A stretch of DNA of 64,000 nucleotides from Candidatus Spongiisociaceae bacterium (GCA_965219685.1 CBDCOH010000002.1:128001-192000); one strand, 5' to 3'; shown: positions 29,701 to 44,327, numbered from the stretch's first letter. The notes: generated by a model from the sequence alone, not told the origin. Numbers and translations are program-made.

Positions 29701-32700
29701 CATCTATGACTTCGAGTTGGACACGCTGACATTCACGCCGGGTTCTTCCTTCGTAGGCGCCGCCACGTTCACCTTCACGGTGCACGACCAGCGCTTCGCC
29801 CCCTCGACGACCCACACGGCGACGATCAACGTCCAGGAAGACGGCGCCCGGTTTGCCGAAACGGTCCCGATCACCCGGACCATTGCGGAGAACAGCCCCG
29901 CCGGAACCGCGGTAGGTGTTGCCATCTCCGCCTCGGACCCGGATGACGACACCATCGCCTACTCGCTGACGGGCGAGGACGCGGCCGGTTTCACTATCGA
30001 CGCCGACGGCCGGATCAAGGTAGGGCAGGGGACGACGCTGGACCACGAGAGCGACAAGACCACCTACAACATGACGGTTGAGATCCACGACGGAAAGGGC
30101 CCCAGAGGCATCGGCGCCAGCACGCTGACGGACGCCTACGCCCCTCTGAAGATAACGGTAACGGATGAGAGCGAGCCTCCGCCGGCGCCCGGCGGGCTGA
30201 TCGTGATCAGCGACTCGCCGGGCACGCTCACCGCGACCTGGACCGCGCCCGACACGGGCGGGCGCCCAGCGGTGACCGGCTACGGCGTGGAGCACCGGAA
30301 GTCGGGCGAAACAGGCTGGACGTCTCGCTTGGATCCCTCAGCCGGGACCACTGATACCTCGATAACCATCGCGAACCTCACGCAGGATGCCGACTACCAC
30401 GTGCGGGTGTGGGCCGTCAACGACGAGGGCGCCGGAGGCTACGTCACCGCATCCCAGAACGTCTCCCCCACGCCGCGTTTGCTCAGCATGGCGGTCGTCT
30501 CCGATCCGGGCGACGACGGCTTCTACGGTCTCGATGAGGAGGTACGGATCCGTGCCACCTTCAACGTCAACGTCGCGGTCACGGGGCGGGACGCCGCCCA
30601 AGGACAGGCGGCCGCTTGGCCCACACTGGAGGTCGACCTCGTCAACAGCTCGTCCTCGGTCGTGATCCGAACCGCCGAACTGGACCAAGAGTCCGCCAAC
30701 GGTGACACCACGCTCGACTTCACGTTCACGCCCGTCACGGGTGACGATGGGCTGAAGGGCGTCCGTTTCCCCAGGAACGCGATATCCGTGCCGGAAGGCT
30801 CGACCATCACCGCGCTCGGCCAGAACGTGAACGTGGCCAACTTCCGGACCGCGGTGGACACCTCTCACAAAGTCGACGGCGTAGGTCCCATCGTGGCGGG
30901 GACCCCTGCGTTCTCCTCGACCCCCATCGACAGGAAGAACTACCAGTTAGGGGAGGTCGTGTCCCTGGATGTGACCTTCTCGGAAAAGGTGGAAGTCACC
31001 GGGAAGCCGTACTACCGGCTGCGGATTTCCACGGGCGGCACCCGGCAGTTCCACTACGACTCGGGTTCCGGGACCGCGACGCTGCGCTTCAGCTACACCG
31101 TGGCGGCCAGTGACCGGGGGCACTTCTCCGTCGGCTACCTACAATCGCTCTCCTCCGACGCCGAGAACCTGGTCAAGGATCTGCGCGGAAACGCGTTCGA
31201 CACCGGCATCCTGGTTGCCGTCAAAGACAGCCACCCGGCCGACGGGTCGCGGATCATCAACAGAACCCCGTCTCTGACCCTGTCCGGCCCGCTCGTCTTC
31301 ACCATTGCCGAGGGCGCCGCGCCCGGCACGGCCTTCGGCGCGGCTATCACCGCATCCGACCCGGACGGTGGCGACACCATCACCTACACACTGTCCGGCG
31401 ACGGGGCATCGTACTTCGCGGTGGACTCCGCCGGACAGTTGAGCGTAGCCGCCGGCACACTCTTGGACTTCGAAACGCTCGCCAACAACGCCGTGACCTT
31501 CAAGGTGATGATCAGCGACGGCAAGAACGTCGTGGGCAAGGCGGATGCCAGCGCCGACGACGCCTTGGATGTCACGGTGGTGGTCAGGGACCTGACCGAG
31601 GCGCCGCTGGCGCCCACCGTCCTCGCCGCCGCGCTGTCCTCCATATCCGTCCAGGTGGGGTGGACCGCGCCGGACAACACGGGCCGCCCCCCGATAACCG
31701 AGTACCAACTCAAGTACAACGCGGGTTATCCAAGGGACAAGGTTGTGGTCTTCACCGACCCCGCGACCCGGACCACCACCCTCTCCGCCTTGGCACCCGG
31801 CGAAGACGTGTCGATATCTATGAGGGCGGTGAACCGGGACGGTGACGGCGCGTGGTCTAAGCCGGTGGTGGTGAAGACGCTGGCCAACCGACCACCCACC
31901 TCCCGGAACATCAACAAGGAGGTAGTCGCCGGTGGCACCGTGGAGTTCTCGGAAGGAGATTTCCACTTCGAGGATCCCGATACCGCCCATGATCCCAGAG
32001 AACGACTCTTCTACGTGAAGATCGTCACTCTCCCGAAAGGAGGCGATTTCGAACTGGACTTCGGGAACAACCATGTAGTCGAGATCACCGACGGCTACCT
32101 GATCCAGCGCAGGTTCCTGGATCGCCTGGAGTTCGAGGCGGATGCAGACTTCGCCAACGGCACAACCTACACCTTCAGGGTCCTGGACAACTACCTCACA
32201 GAGTCGGAGAGCACTTACACCGCCACCATCCTGGTGGTGACCAACCTGTCGCCGACATTCTCGGCCGACGGTCCACTGGCACGCAGCGTGGCGGAGAACT
32301 CCGCCGCCGAGACGCTGGTAGGTGACCCCGTGACCGCCACCGACCCCGACGACAGCACTTTGACCTATGCCCTGACCGGCACAGACGCGGGCTCCTTCGA
32401 CATCGACGCCGCCACCGGGCAGATCAAGGTGGCCCAGGGGGCGGCCTTCGACCAGGAGACCAAGGACTCCTACTCGGTGACAGTGACCGTGACCGACGGC
32501 AAGGACGGCCAGGGAGGCGTTGACACCGCGATCGACGCCTCCATCGACGTAAGCATCACCATCTCCGATGTGGTCGAGGCACCCCCTCCGCCGGTCAATG
32601 TCAAGGCCGCCATCCTCGCGTCCACTGCGCTGAAGGTGAGCTGGCAGGCGCCGGCCCCGACCACGGCCCCACCCGTGACCGGCTATTGGGTGAGCTGGGT

Positions 32701-35700
32701 GGAGACGGTGCTGGGAGTGCCGGGCACCGACGTCGAGAGCGAGTACGCGGGTACCGAGACCTCGTACGCCATCACCGGTCTGACGCCCGGAACCCAGTAC
32801 CAGGTCAAGGTCTGGTCCGCCAACTCCGACGGGGCCGGCGAGGCGGTCACCGTGGACCCCGCTCCCTTCACCGCTCCCAATGCCCTGCCGACCTCCTCCG
32901 ACTTCACCAGGTACGGGCCCTTCGACTTCGAGGCATCGCACTTCTCCTTTCTTGATGTGGACGACAACGAGTACAGCATGGACAGTCTCAGCGGGGTCAG
33001 GATCGTGACCCTCCCCTCCACGTCGGCGCCAGATCGACTCAGACTGCCGGGCGCTTGGGTGGGGGGACAGTTTGTCTTCCCATTCGTGGAGCCGGACCAG
33101 GTGATCCCGGCGAGTGACCTGGATGATCTGATAGTGGGGGAGAACCCGGGGTACCTCCAAAGCGAGAAGCTGTTCACCTTCCGGGTACTGGACAGTTATG
33201 GCGGAGAGTCGACGCAGGCGTACACATATCGCCTGGCCATCCCCAAGAACCTGCCTCCCGCCTTCGACGAGGGTGCGACAGCGGTCCGCCGCATCAAAGA
33301 GAACTCGCTCCCCGGAACCGCAGTGGGAGCGCCGGTGAGCGCCCGGGACGCCAGTACGGGTCAGTTCCCGGTCCCCACCCAGGAGCTGACCTACTCGCTC
33401 GGCGGCGAGGACGCGGCCAGTTTCGTCTTGGACGCCGGTACCGGGCAGTTGACGCTGGCCAAGGGCGTCGTCGTGGACCACGAGGCCAAGAGCCTCTATA
33501 CGGTCACGGTGGACGTTCACGACGGCTTGGACTACGAGAAGGAACCGGACACGTCCGCGGACGACTCGATAGTCGTGAACATCCACATTGACGACGTTGA
33601 CGAACCGCCGGATGGGCCTTCCAATCTCGGCGCCGATGTTCTGTCGTCCACCAGTATCCGGGTGCACTGGGAAGCACCCGACAACTCGGGCCGGCCACCC
33701 ATCACATCGTACGTGATCGCCTCCCTTCCCTTGACGCAGGACAGAAACTGTCAGAACGGGTACAACACCTGCCCGGACCCCCCGACTGCGCTGTCCCACA
33801 CCTTCACCGGACTCACGCCCGGTACGGTCTACCTCTTCAATGTGTATTCCGTCAACGACGACGGCGGCAGCGGCCGCGGCAGCAAGTTTGCCGTCTCCGC
33901 CACCACCCACGCCAACGACCTGCCGGAGTCGGCCGACTTCACCAAGCTGACCAGGCCAGGCATCACGGTGCCCTTCGGCCCTGGCGACTTCGCCTTCAGC
34001 GACGCCGACGCACTCACCGACAGCGCCGACATGCTTACCCGCGTGCGGATCGTCACCCTTCCGGACGCGATCCAGGGAACGCTGAAGTGGACGGCGGCGG
34101 GCGGCGCCCAAGCCGCGGTGGCGGCCGGCGGGCTGATCGACCGCGCCGACCTCGGCACCCTGGTCTTCGAGACGGCCTCCGGGTTCACGGCTCCCGCCTC
34201 CTTCACCTACAAGGTGCTGGATCGGTACGGAGGCGAGTCCGCCTCCGCGTACACCGTTACGCTGTCCTACGCCACCAACCTGCGCCCCGTGTTCACCCAG
34301 ACCGGTCCGCTCGTCCGGACGGTCGCGGAGAACAGTGCCGCCGGAACTGAGGTGGGCGAGCCGGTGACCGCCACCGACCCGGACTCCGGTGACACCATCA
34401 CGTACACGCTGACCGGCGCCGACGCCTCGCTCTTCACCATCACTGCCGGTGGTCGGATAAAGGTGGCGGCCGGCACCGACCTCAACTATGAGGGCAGCAG
34501 AGACACGTTTTCCCTGACTGTGAACGCCAGTGACGGCAAGGACGACAACGCGGGGACGGACACCGCGGTGGACACCTCCATCGAGGTGACGGTGAACGTA
34601 ACCAACGTGGCGGAGCCCGCCCCGGCGCCCACCGGCGTCACCGTGTCCGTGCTGTCGCCCGGTAGCGCCCGCGTGTCCTGGAAGGCGCCCGATACGACGG
34701 GCGCCTCGCCCATCGCCGGCTATTTTGTCCTGTACTCGACCCAGCCGGATGTCCCGTACCCCAACGCGAGCACGGTTCTCGGCCCGCTGGTGGCGGCGCC
34801 GAACCTCAGCTACGAGTTGACCGGGCTTCTGCCCAGCTCCACCCACTACGTCAAGGTGATCGCCAGAAACACGGAACTCGGCGTAACGGACCTAGGCCAG
34901 GCGCCGGCGACGTCCTTCACCGCGCCGCTCAACCTGGGGCCCACCTCGGCGAACATCCTCAAGGGCGCCGACAACGTGGCCCCCATACGCTTTGCCGCCG
35001 CCGACTTCCCATTCTCAGACACCACTCCCGATGACTACTTGGCCTACGTACGGTTCGTGTCCCTGCCGGACGGATCCCAGGGCACGCTCAGGTGGAAAGC
35101 CGCCAGAGCAGTCCAGGCGGCCGTACCGGTCGGCGGGCTCATCGCGGCGAACGACCTGGACACCCTGGTGTTCATGCCACGGGCCAGGTTCGAGAGCACG
35201 GTCTTCACCTTCCGGGTGGTGGACAGGTACGGGGGCGAGTCGCCGGTCTACACCGCCGCGTTGAGGATCCGCCGGGGGATCATCACCGGGGTGGAGATCG
35301 GTTCCGCTCCCCTGGGCAGCGCCAACACCTACTACCAGCACGAGATCATCTCCGTGGGCGTGGACTACGACTTCCCGGTGTCCTGGACGAAGCCGGCGAA
35401 CGAGAGCATCTACGTTGCTTTGGACGTGGGCGGCGTCACGAGGAGGGCGCACCTGAGGGGGACCGCGGGCGACCCCTCGGCGCAGTCGGGGGCGGGCAGC
35501 ACGCTCTACTTCGACTACCGGGTGGTGTCGCGTGACATGGACTCCGACGGGGTCAGCGTCGGCGGCGGCGGGCGAGCGGGCCAGGTACTGGTGGAGGGTG
35601 GTCTCATCACGGCCTCTGGAACGAACAACCGGTCCTCCCGGAATAACCCGGGCCTGGCGGCCGACCCGAGCCACAAGGTGGACGGCTCGCAGGCCCACAA

Positions 35701-38700
35701 CGCTAGGGCGCAATTCACCCAGGACGCTGCCCTGGCGTTCGAAGTGGAGGAGAACTCCCCGGCAGGAACCGCGGTCGGTTCCCGGGTCAGGGCGACCGAC
35801 GCGGATGGAGACACCCTCGCGTACCGGTTGGAAGGCGAGGACGCCGGTCTGTTCAGCGTTGACTCCGACGGCCAGATCACCGTCGCGTCCGGCGCCACGC
35901 TGGACGCCGACGTCAAGGTGTCGTTCCAGGTATCGCTCGTCGTCAGTGACGGCAAGGACGACCTGGGCCAATCGGATCCCGACGACGCCGACGACAGCAT
36001 CGTGGTGAATATATCGATTGCAGGGGTGGCGGAACTCCCGCCGCCGATCAAATTCACCGTCACGGTGCTCTCCGACACCTCGGTCAGGGTGGATTGGGAG
36101 GCTCCGGACACCACCGGCATCCCGGACATCACCCATTACCACGTCGAGTGGATACTGCTGGACGCCGGTAGTGCAGGTAGCAAGTTCAAGTCGGCGGACG
36201 ACCGTTCGCACACCATCACGGGGTTGAACGAGCATGCCTCGTACTTCATAGTCATCGCTGCCAGGAACGGGGACGGTTTCGGCCCGAGCCGGACTGCCCT
36301 GATCAAGACGAACGCCCTGCCCACGTCGGCAGACTTCAAGAAGAGTGCGCTGCCCGGGAGCTCGACCAGCTTCAAGCTCTCGGACTTCCCCTTCACCGAC
36401 GGCACCCAAGGAGACAGCCTGCATTCGGTGAGGATCGTCACGCTTCCCGACGCCGGCCGGGGAACGCTGAAGTTGACCGGTTCCGACGGCGAGGAGTCGG
36501 CAGTCACGGCCGGCGAGGTCATCGCCGCGGACGACTTGGGCAACCTGTTCATCGAGGCCCCCGACGACTTCGTCGACGCCAGTTTCACCTTCCAGGTCGC
36601 GGACTCGTTCGGCCAGTACTCCAAGACGAGCTACACCGCAACGGTGGCGTACGCCCGGGCGCGCATCACCGGCGTCTCCGTCACCTCCACGCCTCGGGGC
36701 GCCAACAACACGTACTACCGGGGCGAGGACATACTGCTGACCGTCACCTTCAGCCGCGACGTGACAATCGACACCGGGACTGGGCGGGCGGCAATCCCGG
36801 TGCACATCAACCGGGACTCCTTCCCGTCGCGGGACGGTTACCTGGCTCTGATCCAGACCACCGGAACCGTCACGGGCAGGATTTTCAACTTCACGGTAAG
36901 GGTGCTCCCGCCGTTCGGCGTCGGCAATGGCGTGTCGATCGCCCGGACGGACCGCCTACTGGCGATCCTGGATCCGGTGACTCTCGAGGCCTACGAGGGC
37001 GCCTGGAGCGTGAAGGACTCCCAGGACCACGCGGCCCTGCTGGACTTCGCGGGGCTGAAGGCCGACGGGAACCACAGGGTCAACGGCGTCAAGGTACACA
37101 ACCACCCGGCCCGTTTCTCGCCTAGCGGGCCGCTGGTCAGGGTCCTGACGGAGAACTCTCCCGCCGGAACGCCGGTGGGCGGTGGCATCGTCACGGTCAC
37201 GGCAGTCCTGGACGGCGGTGTCCGCTCATCCGACACCCGGGTGGGCGTCACCCTGTCGGGAACGGCGACGGACGGGACCGATTTCACCGCCACCTTCCCC
37301 GCCGGGATCACCGTACCCGCCGGAAGCCGCAGGGGCACGGCCGAACTGCTGATCGTGCCCCGCGACGACGCCGCCCGGGAAGGCGCCGAGACCATCGTGG
37401 TCAACGGCGCCGCCGCCGGTTTCGCGGTCAACCCCGCCTCCGTGACGGTCATCGACGACGACACCGCCGCCACAGGGATCACCTTGAGCCTCAGCCGCAC
37501 CCAGATGCCGGAGATCGCCGTCCGCCCGGTTTTCGTCACCGTAACGGCTACCCTGGACAACAGCGTTGCCCGGTCCACCGACACCACTGTGACCCTCTCC
37601 CTAGGTGGCACGGCGATAAGAAGCAGAAACACCGGCGGGGACTACATCACTGTCGCCTTCGGCGACATAACCATCCCTGCCGGTCAGGTGTCGGCCGCAA
37701 CCACGTTGGCGTTCCGACCCTGGGCCGATATCTTCGTGGAGGGCGCCGAGACCATCGTGGTCAACGGCGCCGCCGCCGGCTTTACGGTCAACCCCGCCAC
37801 CATCACCCTCATCGATGAGAACAGCAGGTATCACAGCCTAACTCTCAGCGTCAGCCCGGGCTGGGTCAAGGAGGACGGCAGCGCGGTAACTGCGGTAGAC
37901 ATCGAGGGCGACACCCTCACGTACAGCCTGTTCGCCACGGTGAGCCCGACATCGTCCACCGAGTCCGACGAGTTCGTGATAGATCCCGCCACCGGCGTGA
38001 TCACCGTCAAGGAAGGCGCGGTGCTGGACCGGGAGACCCGAGCCTCCTACCGGTTGACCGTAGGCGTGAGCGACGGCAAAGATGTATCGGGCGCGACATC
38101 GGCCCTCGAGTGCACCATGCCCGGCGCCGATCCCGCCACGGACTTCAGGGCGTGCGACGACCTCGTCGTGGTCGACGTCACCCTGGCCAACGTCGTGGAA
38201 CTGCAGGGATCCCCGAGGAGCCTTACCGCCGTCCCCGAGTCTTCGACCAGCATCAGGCTTGACTGGTCGCCGCCCCCGGACCAGGGAGGGGAGCCCATCA
38301 CAGGGTACCGGCTGACCTATGGCACCGACGCCGGTGACGGCCAGCCAGATGCGATCGCCCTGGTCGAGGAAGTCATCGATGCCGGAGACGGCAACGCCAT
38401 GCGCCACGTCGTGAGCGACTTGGCGCCCGGGACCACCTACCACTTCACGCTGAAGGCGGTCAATAGCGAGGGCGACGGAGACCCGGCCGGCGTCAGCGTC
38501 GCCACCCGGTCCAACTCCGCACCCGACTCGGCGGACTTCGATGTGTCCACCAGCGAGCTGTCATCCGTGTTCGAGTTCGCGGCCACAGACTTTCCCTTCA
38601 CGGACGCCGACGCCGCAACTGCGACCGGCGACAGCCTGAAGGCGGTGAAGATCTTGAGCAACCTCGGGTATGCATGGTGCGGAGCCCCATGCGGTGCTGT

Positions 38701-41700
38701 GCTCGAACTGGACGGTGTCAGGGTCGAACTGAACGACGTGATCTCCTTCGCCGATCTGGACCGGCTGAAGATGAAGCTCCGGGGGGTGTGGTACCACTAT
38801 TCCACCTTCGAGTTTCGCGTCATGGACCAGTACGGCGCCGAGTCGCCCACGTACACCGCCCGGCTGCTTGTCGCCGATCCGGTTGTCGAATCCCTGTCGA
38901 TCATCTCCACCCCAGCAGGCCACGGCACCTACCTGAAGGACGAGGTGATCCAGGTGGCCGTGGACTTCGACGTCCGGCTGCGATGGAAAGACGACTCCGA
39001 GGCCGACGATGGCTACTTCTATGTCACCCTGGACATCGGCGGTCAGAAGCGGGAGGCGAGGCTGTCCCGAGCGGTGCTCAACCAAACCGATGGCAGCACC
39101 ATCACCCACACTCCACCTCTGGAGGGTCGTCCCTACCATCGGTGGATCTTCTCCTACACCGTGGCGGCGACAGACGTGGACGCCAACGGAGTCTCCGTGG
39201 TGCCCGACGCGGAAGGCAACGTGGTGCGGGCCCACAAGCAGGCCCGGCTTGAGCACGTACCGACGGTGTCGACCCACTCGCCCACGGCTCACGAGGGACT
39301 GGCCGACCAACCCGGCCAGCGGGTGAACGGCAACACCGATCCCAACTACTGGCCCGTCTTCAACGGGTCGCCCGGGCCGTTAACCCGCACGAAAGAGGAG
39401 CACCAGGAGGGATTGGGTAAGAGGCCGCCGGAAGTGGGCGACCCGGTGACCGCCACCGACGCAGACGGCGACGTCCTCGTGTACTCCCTCTCCGGGGACG
39501 ACGCCGACGACTTCACGATCAACTCGGAAACCGGCCAGATCTCGATGGACGACGACCTGCTCCTCGACTACGAGGGGAAGGACACCCATCACCTGACCGT
39601 TCACGTCACGGACAACAAGGATCCGGCCGGGAGCAGCGATACCGCCGTCGACGCTTCCATCGGGGTGACCATCAGTGTGATAAACATGGTCGAGCCGGCA
39701 CTGTCACCGGTCAACCTCAGATTCACCGAGCTGGGGCCGTTCAGCGTCAGAATCGAGTGGGACCACCCGGACAATTCGGGCCGGCCTCCCCGGAATGCGT
39801 ACTACCTCATCATTCTCCCTTCGCTGTACAACTGGGTCTTGCCGCCGGACACGACATCGAAAGTCCTGACCAACCAACCGCCCGGCGCGACATTCAGTAT
39901 CACAATGCATGCGGATAACGACGAGTGGCCGGGCGAGCCACCAATCTGGGCGAACGAGGAGGTCTTCGCCATCGCAAGGTTGGACGGCGTTACGACCGGG
40001 CCCAACACCCTGCCCACGTCGGCCGACTTCACCCGGTACACGAAGACGAACTCCGCATTGGCGATCGACAAGGAGGACTTCCCCTACAACGATCCCGATG
40101 TGGGGCGCCACGATGAGGAGGGACTGCACGGCGTGAAGGTCCTCACCCTGCCCGACCCGGCTCGCGGGAAGCTGCTGCGCCGGGTGGCGCGCCTCCCGGA
40201 CAGGGACCTTGCGGCGGATTCGACGATCCGCTTCAACCACGGCGAGACGCTGGTGTTCGTCCCGGCAACGGACTTCTCCGGCCACGCCCGCTTCACCTTC
40301 AAGGTAATCGACCGCTTCGACGGCGAAGCCGTCCAGGCCAGCACCGCTACCATCCAGGTGACTGACGATCCGCCGGAGATAGAGGCCGTGCGCGTTGTCT
40401 CCTCTCCTTACCGCCACGACGGCGTGTACGGCCACGATGACGTCATAAAGGTGGAAGTTGAGTGGGACAGGGATGTGACCTGGAACATCCCTGAGGATGA
40501 CCCCTCCTCCTTCATCGGGCTCCGGCTCGCGGTGGGCAGCGCGTCCCGCTGGGCCAGGCCGGTCTCCACCGACCGGCACGCCGAGGAGTTCCCCGCCTCC
40601 GGCACTGCGCGACGGATCGTCTTCGCCTACCAGGTACAGGCCGCCGACCTGGATCCCGACGGCTCGAGCGTCCGGTCTGGCGTCGTGGTGCACCTCTTCG
40701 GCGCCGCCACCCTGCGCGATGTGGTCGGGCAGGACGCAGGCCGCGATCTCGATGAAACCGTCACCAGCCCCCACCCGGTGAACGGCAGCCTGAGCGTCAA
40801 CTACCGCCCCCTGTTCATCGAGGACGGACCGCTGACCCGAGTGGTGGCCGAGAACACGGCGCCCGGCTCCCTGCTGGGAGGGCCGGTTCTGGCAGTTGAC
40901 CCCAATACCGGGGACACCCTTGCCTACTCGCTGTCCGGCCCTGATTCCGCCGATTTCACCATCGACGCAGGTGGGCAGATACGCATCGGCGAGCACACGG
41001 CGCTCGACTTCGAGAAGGAACCCAACACCTACTCCCTCACGGTAGAGGTGAGAGACGGCAAGAACAGCCTCGACGTGGCCGACACCGCGGTCGACGACGC
41101 CATCGACATGACCGTCACGGTGACCAACGTGGAGGAGCCGGCGGGCAACGTGGCGGCCGAAGTGCTTTCCGCCCACCAGATCCGGGTCACCTGGAGCGCG
41201 CCGGACAGCGCCAACGCCAACTATGTCTCCCACTACGAGTTGGCGTACCGCGAGTTGTTCCCCAAGAACCCGTCAGATACCGGACCTGACCGCTTCGACG
41301 AGTGGACCACCCTGACCGTCGACCGGGACACCCGGCAGGTAACCCTGGAGGACCTGCAACCACGCAGCTACTACGACATCGTGCTGCGGTCGGTCCAGAA
41401 GGGTGTGGACGCGCCGGAGGTCCGGGTGACGCCGATGCCCCGGACCCAGGTGGCGCCGTGTACCATCCTGTCCAACAGACAACACGTCTGGCAGGACCTC
41501 CACAAGTACATCGTCGTGCGCCCCGGTCCTACCACTCTTGACCTTGCACCTGCTCCGGCCTATGCCGGATCGGGCGATCTGGACTATACAAGGTCCCGGA
41601 CGCAGATCTGCGACGAGGACGGCAGGATTTCCCCGCCAGGGGATGTTGTCGGCTCGACCCCACTCAACGATCTCGATCTTGATAAGCGTGCAGGCGACTT

Positions 41701-43546
41701 CGCGAAGGCCAATTACCTGGACGGGCGGTTGTACGCACAACCTCATGGCCGCCTGGATCCCGATACCCGCTATTGGTACACCTTGCAGATAGGCGGTGGA
41801 ACCAGAGGGACTCTGCACAGCACCTACCGCCTTGCCAAGACCACCAAGGCGCGGACGGGAGTAACTCTGTCGGCAGAGCCCGCGACGGTCAGCGAGTCGG
41901 CATCCGGGGCGACGGTATCGGTCACCGCCCGGATGAACGACAACGCCACCTTCCATCCCTACTACGGCATCTCGATGGATCTGACCATGTACAACGCCGG
42001 GACGCAGACGACCTCCGCAATGGCCATTCCCCAGTGGGCGAACAGCGCCACGAGCGAGATCACCATCCCGACCCCGGACGACGAGGTGGTGCGGGCCGCC
42101 AGAACCGTCACCCTCACCGGTGCGCTCGCGTTTCCCGACCTCAGAACGGTTTTCGAGAGCTATGGGAACGTGATCAGGGGTTATCCGACATCCTCGGCCG
42201 TGCAAAACAGGGAACTGTCCGCCTTGCCGGTATCACCTACCACGGTCACCATCGAGGAGGACGACATAGGCGTACTCTCCATCGCCGGTCCTACGGAGGT
42301 TGTAGAGGGCGACACGGCGGTCTTTACGGTGACCCTCTCGCGCCAGGTAGACGCGGACGTCCTTGTCGACTGGACGACTTCAGGGGCTCATGCAACGGAC
42401 TACACGCCCGGCAGCGGCTTCGTGTCATTCGCCCGGAACCAGCCGGCCGGCGCCACACGGACCTTCGAGATCGCCATCACCGACGACACCCTGGGAGAGG
42501 CGGACGAAGAGTTCACCGTGAAACTGTTCCACATCACCTCGGACCTGAGCGATTATCTGAAGCTGGACCCGGACGCGTCCGCTGTCACGGTTACCATCGG
42601 CGACAGCGACCGGGTGCTGATCAACGTCGCCGGTCCGGCGGCGGTCGCAGAGGGATCGACCGCCGACTATTCCGTGACGCTGCACCGCAGCCTCGACACC
42701 GCGTTGACCCTGAGTTACGCGGTCTCCCCGCACGGCGGCGCCACCACCTCCGACTACACCAGCTCGGCGCCGGGGACGCTGAGGTTCCCGGCGGGCGTCA
42801 CGACCAAGCAGATTCAGGTGACGGCGGTGGATGACGTCGTGCACGACCCGGGCGAGAGCTTCAAGGTGACCATTAGCGATCCCCAGGGCGCCGCTGGTTT
42901 CGAGAAGAAACTGCAGACCGACTCGGTCACCACGTCGATAACCGACGACGACGACCCCGTGGCCGTGACGCTAGCTGTGGCCCCGGCCAGTTTTGTCGAG
43001 GGGAATGGCTCCACAGCCTTCGTCATTACCGCCACGCGCCCTGAGGGAGTCACTCCTGCCCTGGACATGACTCTGTCCCTCGGGGGAACCGCGACGGCGG
43101 GAGACGATTACGAAACCCAAGGAGCGGGCACGCTCAGCTTTACCGCAGGGGCGACGAGTAGCAACAAGCTCTTCCGCATCACGCCGGTGAACGACTCGTT
43201 GCTGGAGGGCGACGAGACCATAGTCGTCAGCGGCGCCGCCCCGGGTGTCACCGTGAAACCGGCCACCATCACGCTGAAGGACAACGAGCAGGGCACCCTC
43301 ACCCTGATCGCGCCCTCCGGCTCGGTGGAGGAGGGCGCCGGAGCTGACTACACCGTCCGGTTGTCCAGGAAGATCGAGACGGACCTGGTAGTCAACTGGG
43401 AAATCAGCTACGACTCGGCAGCGGAGTGGGCGACAGGTGCAGACCTGGGTGTCCAGGGAGGGGCTGTGAGCTTCCCGGCCGGTTCTCTAGGGCGTGTTCA
43501 CGCTTTTGAGGGTGTCGTGGATGAGGGCGAGGGTGATGAATGCTAG
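23705..43546 (+). CDS. Giant secreted surface protein/adhesin, N-terminal part (FN3, cadherin, Ig-like, Calx-beta domains), truncated by IS5
   Basis: Signal peptide; repeated ENSPAGT.VG..VTATD.D...LDYE cadherin and FN3 modules. The last 18 codons (GRVHAF...DEC) are read from the IS end. Confidence 0.92.
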   Translation: MAVSVAGRWLVWVLAMVLWVSSTVPAAGDTSTSEDSVPEAANDPALPPESDSAPDSDATPEQPVPEPEKPSGLRVTTEAGSLDVGVDWDDVDGATLYLVRWRSVDAGDKLNEGVEVQLSATTITLANFGEWVVRVQACNDAGCGKPLAHKFKIEPILEPEPTPEPDPEPEPEPDPEPEPDPEPESDPDPEPESDPDPEPEPDPEPRSDPEPRSDPEPESDPEVPVSVPGKPSGLRVATETGSLDVGVDWGDVDGARRYLVRWRSVDAGDKLNAGVDVRSSGTTITVAGFGEWVVRVEACNDAGCGEARSRKFEVEPVPEHEPEPASFLPGLILTVAPDRLVEDGGKASIVVTAAWVGSVTLSEDTTVALSLSGTAEDPADYTAEVADLVIAAGAASGTTNLSVTPVDDGLAEGDETIVVTGAVDGLTLFTPIILADPLLTSVASEGTNSAPSFPGADPVFRSVPENSPAGTAVGDPVTATDADSGDTLVYSLTDTDAASFTVDSSGQIKVAEGTTLDYEQDAAYTVDVNVSDGKDADGNADTAIDDSVGVVIYVTDIKPPHAPLLTVTPSADGEGMRVDWTQQEEVGRAPVTEYDMRFRELGTFACDDTQRFASQLSFASTIRTATIPPEGTDALKPGVVYCVKVQARSVEGDSLGVSEPRMNTLPASADFAVSASPASALLLSADHFPYTDPHDTLGRVKILSLPDPAQGRLRLEAANVAINQFIEADSLNLFSFEPASTFSGGAAFRFQLEDSHGALTTAHTATIDLAVPAITEVDITSSPALNNTYVTGETAQVTVTWDQQVSWDITATGAAISLDLEVGNATRTAALVTGGDTTGSATALTFQYPIQSTDADTDGISAVADSGGNLVQLSGGASLTDASDRAAGRTYDSLPEDDSLHKVDGTKVFNHAPAFPADDTPPLARTVDENSPAGTTVGAPVVATDPDTGDILTYTLSGVDASAFTIDAAGQIKVGQDAALDYETKATLSLTVNVRDSEDTAGGPDTVTDASVEVTITVTDQPEAPRPVTGLTATAVSGYSARLDWTASDTAGLPPIDRVIIDPYHLVQERRQYLSQVVLEEERAAEVTYTVTGLVPETTYYFDVRVRNTDGLQSTIEAAQTTTIANTAPASVDFTKNTHTDTDLSFLPSDFPFVDGDAGDSLAAVRIVTLPDAAHGALKWTESGASQASVTTNQLITATDLDTLTFIPATSYTGAATFTFKVVDGAGAESTAARTATVNVQDDAPKFTGTLPLTRSVPENSAAGTRVGAPLTASDPDGDTITYSLSGADAAGFDIDATSGQVTVGKGAALDYETKNTHEVTVNIHDGKGPDGGASTVTDASATLTITVTDQIERPNPPTGFNATVLSPSSIRLDWEASDTTGLPPINHYLIRYGVASGSARATAFPDPPTAVTHTVTGLTPATTYHFEVRLSNTDGKSSPIRPSVTATTSPNLAPTSADFRAYLPAGGRDLSFSAADFQFADADSADSLKQVRIVSLPKSSDGVLKWTPSGGAETSVTTSRPIDVRALGTLVFDLADRFSGPTDSRFGPASFTFKVVDQHGAESSDSYTATIWNRAASRVVSMKITSTPAVGDTYTLGETVQVTVGFDKYVVWDVSAADADVRIQFEEGSQDTLPAASLVTGGRTTSAAREMVFEFTVAATHSSPGGLRIHPNSGLPVQKLNGATILSEHGGAAELAYSASRIPARDTNHKVGGSLLPNAAPAFGKSGPLSFSVSEDAAAGTKIGDPVSAIDPDAGDALTYSLSGTNAAFFDMDSATGQISVGSNAILDFEAAANSYNLVVKVRDGKDRYSRVDTSDDDSIGVTISLTDATEPSLPPAGMSATVLSSTSIEVEWDAPDNRGRTPASGYELFYRAGGDTNGTTVSFDGDTFTATLAGLTPGVSYHVAMRAENADGFGPWSAIEPSPTTTANAGPTSSDFTKNIAPGIDLGFSATDFEFNDVDTGDILKAVTIVTLPQAAHGVLKWKDLGVTLKTVPANQLIYDFELDTLTFTPGSSFVGAATFTFTVHDQRFAPSTTHTATINVQEDGARFAETVPITRTIAENSPAGTAVGVAISASDPDDDTIAYSLTGEDAAGFTIDADGRIKVGQGTTLDHESDKTTYNMTVEIHDGKGPRGIGASTLTDAYAPLKITVTDESEPPPAPGGLIVISDSPGTLTATWTAPDTGGRPAVTGYGVEHRKSGETGWTSRLDPSAGTTDTSITIANLTQDADYHVRVWAVNDEGAGGYVTASQNVSPTPRLLSMAVVSDPGDDGFYGLDEEVRIRATFNVNVAVTGRDAAQGQAAAWPTLEVDLVNSSSSVVIRTAELDQESANGDTTLDFTFTPVTGDDGLKGVRFPRNAISVPEGSTITALGQNVNVANFRTAVDTSHKVDGVGPIVAGTPAFSSTPIDRKNYQLGEVVSLDVTFSEKVEVTGKPYYRLRISTGGTRQFHYDSGSGTATLRFSYTVAASDRGHFSVGYLQSLSSDAENLVKDLRGNAFDTGILVAVKDSHPADGSRIINRTPSLTLSGPLVFTIAEGAAPGTAFGAAITASDPDGGDTITYTLSGDGASYFAVDSAGQLSVAAGTLLDFETLANNAVTFKVMISDGKNVVGKADASADDALDVTVVVRDLTEAPLAPTVLAAALSSISVQVGWTAPDNTGRPPITEYQLKYNAGYPRDKVVVFTDPATRTTTLSALAPGEDVSISMRAVNRDGDGAWSKPVVVKTLANRPPTSRNINKEVVAGGTVEFSEGDFHFEDPDTAHDPRERLFYVKIVTLPKGGDFELDFGNNHVVEITDGYLIQRRFLDRLEFEADADFANGTTYTFRVLDNYLTESESTYTATILVVTNLSPTFSADGPLARSVAENSAAETLVGDPVTATDPDDSTLTYALTGTDAGSFDIDAATGQIKVAQGAAFDQETKDSYSVTVTVTDGKDGQGGVDTAIDASIDVSITISDVVEAPPPPVNVKAAILASTALKVSWQAPAPTTAPPVTGYWVSWVETVLGVPGTDVESEYAGTETSYAITGLTPGTQYQVKVWSANSDGAGEAVTVDPAPFTAPNALPTSSDFTRYGPFDFEASHFSFLDVDDNEYSMDSLSGVRIVTLPSTSAPDRLRLPGAWVGGQFVFPFVEPDQVIPASDLDDLIVGENPGYLQSEKLFTFRVLDSYGGESTQAYTYRLAIPKNLPPAFDEGATAVRRIKENSLPGTAVGAPVSARDASTGQFPVPTQELTYSLGGEDAASFVLDAGTGQLTLAKGVVVDHEAKSLYTVTVDVHDGLDYEKEPDTSADDSIVVNIHIDDVDEPPDGPSNLGADVLSSTSIRVHWEAPDNSGRPPITSYVIASLPLTQDRNCQNGYNTCPDPPTALSHTFTGLTPGTVYLFNVYSVNDDGGSGRGSKFAVSATTHANDLPESADFTKLTRPGITVPFGPGDFAFSDADALTDSADMLTRVRIVTLPDAIQGTLKWTAAGGAQAAVAAGGLIDRADLGTLVFETASGFTAPASFTYKVLDRYGGESASAYTVTLSYATNLRPVFTQTGPLVRTVAENSAAGTEVGEPVTATDPDSGDTITYTLTGADASLFTITAGGRIKVAAGTDLNYEGSRDTFSLTVNASDGKDDNAGTDTAVDTSIEVTVNVTNVAEPAPAPTGVTVSVLSPGSARVSWKAPDTTGASPIAGYFVLYSTQPDVPYPNASTVLGPLVAAPNLSYELTGLLPSSTHYVKVIARNTELGVTDLGQAPATSFTAPLNLGPTSANILKGADNVAPIRFAAADFPFSDTTPDDYLAYVRFVSLPDGSQGTLRWKAARAVQAAVPVGGLIAANDLDTLVFMPRARFESTVFTFRVVDRYGGESPVYTAALRIRRGIITGVEIGSAPLGSANTYYQHEIISVGVDYDFPVSWTKPANESIYVALDVGGVTRRAHLRGTAGDPSAQSGAGSTLYFDYRVVSRDMDSDGVSVGGGGRAGQVLVEGGLITASGTNNRSSRNNPGLAADPSHKVDGSQAHNARAQFTQDAALAFEVEENSPAGTAVGSRVRATDADGDTLAYRLEGEDAGLFSVDSDGQITVASGATLDADVKVSFQVSLVVSDGKDDLGQSDPDDADDSIVVNISIAGVAELPPPIKFTVTVLSDTSVRVDWEAPDTTGIPDITHYHVEWILLDAGSAGSKFKSADDRSHTITGLNEHASYFIVIAARNGDGFGPSRTALIKTNALPTSADFKKSALPGSSTSFKLSDFPFTDGTQGDSLHSVRIVTLPDAGRGTLKLTGSDGEESAVTAGEVIAADDLGNLFIEAPDDFVDASFTFQVADSFGQYSKTSYTATVAYARARITGVSVTSTPRGANNTYYRGEDILLTVTFSRDVTIDTGTGRAAIPVHINRDSFPSRDGYLALIQTTGTVTGRIFNFTVRVLPPFGVGNGVSIARTDRLLAILDPVTLEAYEGAWSVKDSQDHAALLDFAGLKADGNHRVNGVKVHNHPARFSPSGPLVRVLTENSPAGTPVGGGIVTVTAVLDGGVRSSDTRVGVTLSGTATDGTDFTATFPAGITVPAGSRRGTAELLIVPRDDAAREGAETIVVNGAAAGFAVNPASVTVIDDDTAATGITLSLSRTQMPEIAVRPVFVTVTATLDNSVARSTDTTVTLSLGGTAIRSRNTGGDYITVAFGDITIPAGQVSAATTLAFRPWADIFVEGAETIVVNGAAAGFTVNPATITLIDENSRYHSLTLSVSPGWVKEDGSAVTAVDIEGDTLTYSLFATVSPTSSTESDEFVIDPATGVITVKEGAVLDRETRASYRLTVGVSDGKDVSGATSALECTMPGADPATDFRACDDLVVVDVTLANVVELQGSPRSLTAVPESSTSIRLDWSPPPDQGGEPITGYRLTYGTDAGDGQPDAIALVEEVIDAGDGNAMRHVVSDLAPGTTYHFTLKAVNSEGDGDPAGVSVATRSNSAPDSADFDVSTSELSSVFEFAATDFPFTDADAATATGDSLKAVKILSNLGYAWCGAPCGAVLELDGVRVELNDVISFADLDRLKMKLRGVWYHYSTFEFRVMDQYGAESPTYTARLLVADPVVESLSIISTPAGHGTYLKDEVIQVAVDFDVRLRWKDDSEADDGYFYVTLDIGGQKREARLSRAVLNQTDGSTITHTPPLEGRPYHRWIFSYTVAATDVDANGVSVVPDAEGNVVRAHKQARLEHVPTVSTHSPTAHEGLADQPGQRVNGNTDPNYWPVFNGSPGPLTRTKEEHQEGLGKRPPEVGDPVTATDADGDVLVYSLSGDDADDFTINSETGQISMDDDLLLDYEGKDTHHLTVHVTDNKDPAGSSDTAVDASIGVTISVINMVEPALSPVNLRFTELGPFSVRIEWDHPDNSGRPPRNAYYLIILPSLYNWVLPPDTTSKVLTNQPPGATFSITMHADNDEWPGEPPIWANEEVFAIARLDGVTTGPNTLPTSADFTRYTKTNSALAIDKEDFPYNDPDVGRHDEEGLHGVKVLTLPDPARGKLLRRVARLPDRDLAADSTIRFNHGETLVFVPATDFSGHARFTFKVIDRFDGEAVQASTATIQVTDDPPEIEAVRVVSSPYRHDGVYGHDDVIKVEVEWDRDVTWNIPEDDPSSFIGLRLAVGSASRWARPVSTDRHAEEFPASGTARRIVFAYQVQAADLDPDGSSVRSGVVVHLFGAATLRDVVGQDAGRDLDETVTSPHPVNGSLSVNYRPLFIEDGPLTRVVAENTAPGSLLGGPVLAVDPNTGDTLAYSLSGPDSADFTIDAGGQIRIGEHTALDFEKEPNTYSLTVEVRDGKNSLDVADTAVDDAIDMTVTVTNVEEPAGNVAAEVLSAHQIRVTWSAPDSANANYVSHYELAYRELFPKNPSDTGPDRFDEWTTLTVDRDTRQVTLEDLQPRSYYDIVLRSVQKGVDAPEVRVTPMPRTQVAPCTILSNRQHVWQDLHKYIVVRPGPTTLDLAPAPAYAGSGDLDYTRSRTQICDEDGRISPPGDVVGSTPLNDLDLDKRAGDFAKANYLDGRLYAQPHGRLDPDTRYWYTLQIGGGTRGTLHSTYRLAKTTKARTGVTLSAEPATVSESASGATVSVTARMNDNATFHPYYGISMDLTMYNAGTQTTSAMAIPQWANSATSEITIPTPDDEVVRAARTVTLTGALAFPDLRTVFESYGNVIRGYPTSSAVQNRELSALPVSPTTVTIEEDDIGVLSIAGPTEVVEGDTAVFTVTLSRQVDADVLVDWTTSGAHATDYTPGSGFVSFARNQPAGATRTFEIAITDDTLGEADEEFTVKLFHITSDLSDYLKLDPDASAVTVTIGDSDRVLINVAGPAAVAEGSTADYSVTLHRSLDTALTLSYAVSPHGGATTSDYTSSAPGTLRFPAGVTTKQIQVTAVDDVVHDPGESFKVTISDPQGAAGFEKKLQTDSVTTSITDDDDPVAVTLAVAPASFVEGNGSTAFVITATRPEGVTPALDMTLSLGGTATAGDDYETQGAGTLSFTAGATSSNKLFRITPVNDSLLEGDETIVVSGAAPGVTVKPATITLKDNEQGTLTLIAPSGSVEEGAGADYTVRLSRKIETDLVVNWEISYDSAAEWATGADLGVQGGAVSFPAGSLGRVHAFEGVVDEGEGDEC
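23908..24643 (+). repeat. Duplicated FN3-like domain (offset 483 bp) separated by Pro-Glu/Pro-Asp microsatellite
   Basis: [18 protein letters not shown]...ACNDAGCG occurs twice; CCGGAGCCTGATCCCGAG-type 18/24-bp units at about 24175-24370. Confidence 0.9.
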
Positions 43547-44284
43547 GAAGATGATGTCGAGTTTGTCGTAGCGGACAAAGACACGCCGGTAGGCTTTGAT
43601 CCGGCGGAAGAGCCGTTCCACTTCGTTTCGCCGCTTGTATATCTGGCGGTCGTAGTCCCATGGGTGGCGGCGGTTGGTTTTGGGTGGGATGACCGGTGTG
43701 TATCCCAGAGCGAGCGCCAGTTGTCGTGTGTTGTCTCCTTCGTAGGCGCGGTCGGCTACCAGGAACAGTTGCAGTTGTTCGCCTTCTGCTTCGGTGTCTT
43801 TCTTCTTTCGGGATCCGAGCTTTTCGAGGAGTTCCCGTCCGTGGGGGCCATCATGGTCCTGGCCTGGGGAAATAGCGTAGATGATCGCTGTACGAGCGTC
43901 GGCGGCGACCATATGAATCTTGGTCGTCAATCCCCCTCGGGACCGTCCGATGGCCTGGGGACCATGTTTTTTGAGAGCACCGGCTGCGTCGGGATGGACC
44001 TTGACTGTTGTGCTGTCCAATCCCAGAACTTCGAGGTCGATGAGTTGTTCTTGCTGTAGGCGTTGGAACACCCGCACCAGCACACCGCTGGCCGCCCAGC
44101 GCCTGAACCGCATGTAGATGGTGTGCCAGTTCCCGAACTCTTTGGGAAGGCCCCGCCATTTGCAGCCTTGTTCCAGTATGTGGAGCATGGCGTTGAGAGC
44201 ATCGAGGTTGGATACCTTGACGTTGCCCCGCTGTTTCGGGAACGCGTCTGCTATGAGTTGGTATTGTTCTTGTGTTATTTCCAT
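43487..44284 (-). CDS. IS5-family transposase
   Basis: [54 protein letters not shown]. The stop codon is supplied by the target CTAG. Confidence 0.93.
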   Translation of the reverse strand: MEITQEQYQLIADAFPKQRGNVKVSNLDALNAMLHILEQGCKWRGLPKEFGNWHTIYMRFRRWAASGVLVRVFQRLQQEQLIDLEVLGLDSTTVKVHPDAAGALKKHGPQAIGRSRGGLTTKIHMVAADARTAIIYAISPGQDHDGPHGRELLEKLGSRKKKDTEAEGEQLQLFLVADRAYEGDNTRQLALALGYTPVIPPKTNRRHPWDYDRQIYKRRNEVERLFRRIKAYRRVFVRYDKLDIIFLAFITLALIHDTLKSVNTP

Positions 44285-44327
44285 ATGTTAATGGTATCAC
44301 ATGGGTGTAACTTAGAGTGAACACGCC
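43491..44327 (-). mobile_element. IS5-family insertion sequence (IS427-like group), 837 bp
   Basis: Terminal inverted repeats GGCGTGTTCAC (43491-43501) / GTGAACACGCC (44317-44327); CTAG duplicated at 43487-43490 and 44328-44331. Confidence 0.93.

Noticed and set aside
31139-36805. Long minus-strand ORFs (1235 aa, 596 aa)
   Set aside because: Antisense to the giant gene, expected in high-GC DNA, with no motifs.
43968-43975. Programmed frameshift at the A6 run of the IS5 transposase
   Set aside because: The ORF is continuous through LKKHG, so no shift is required.
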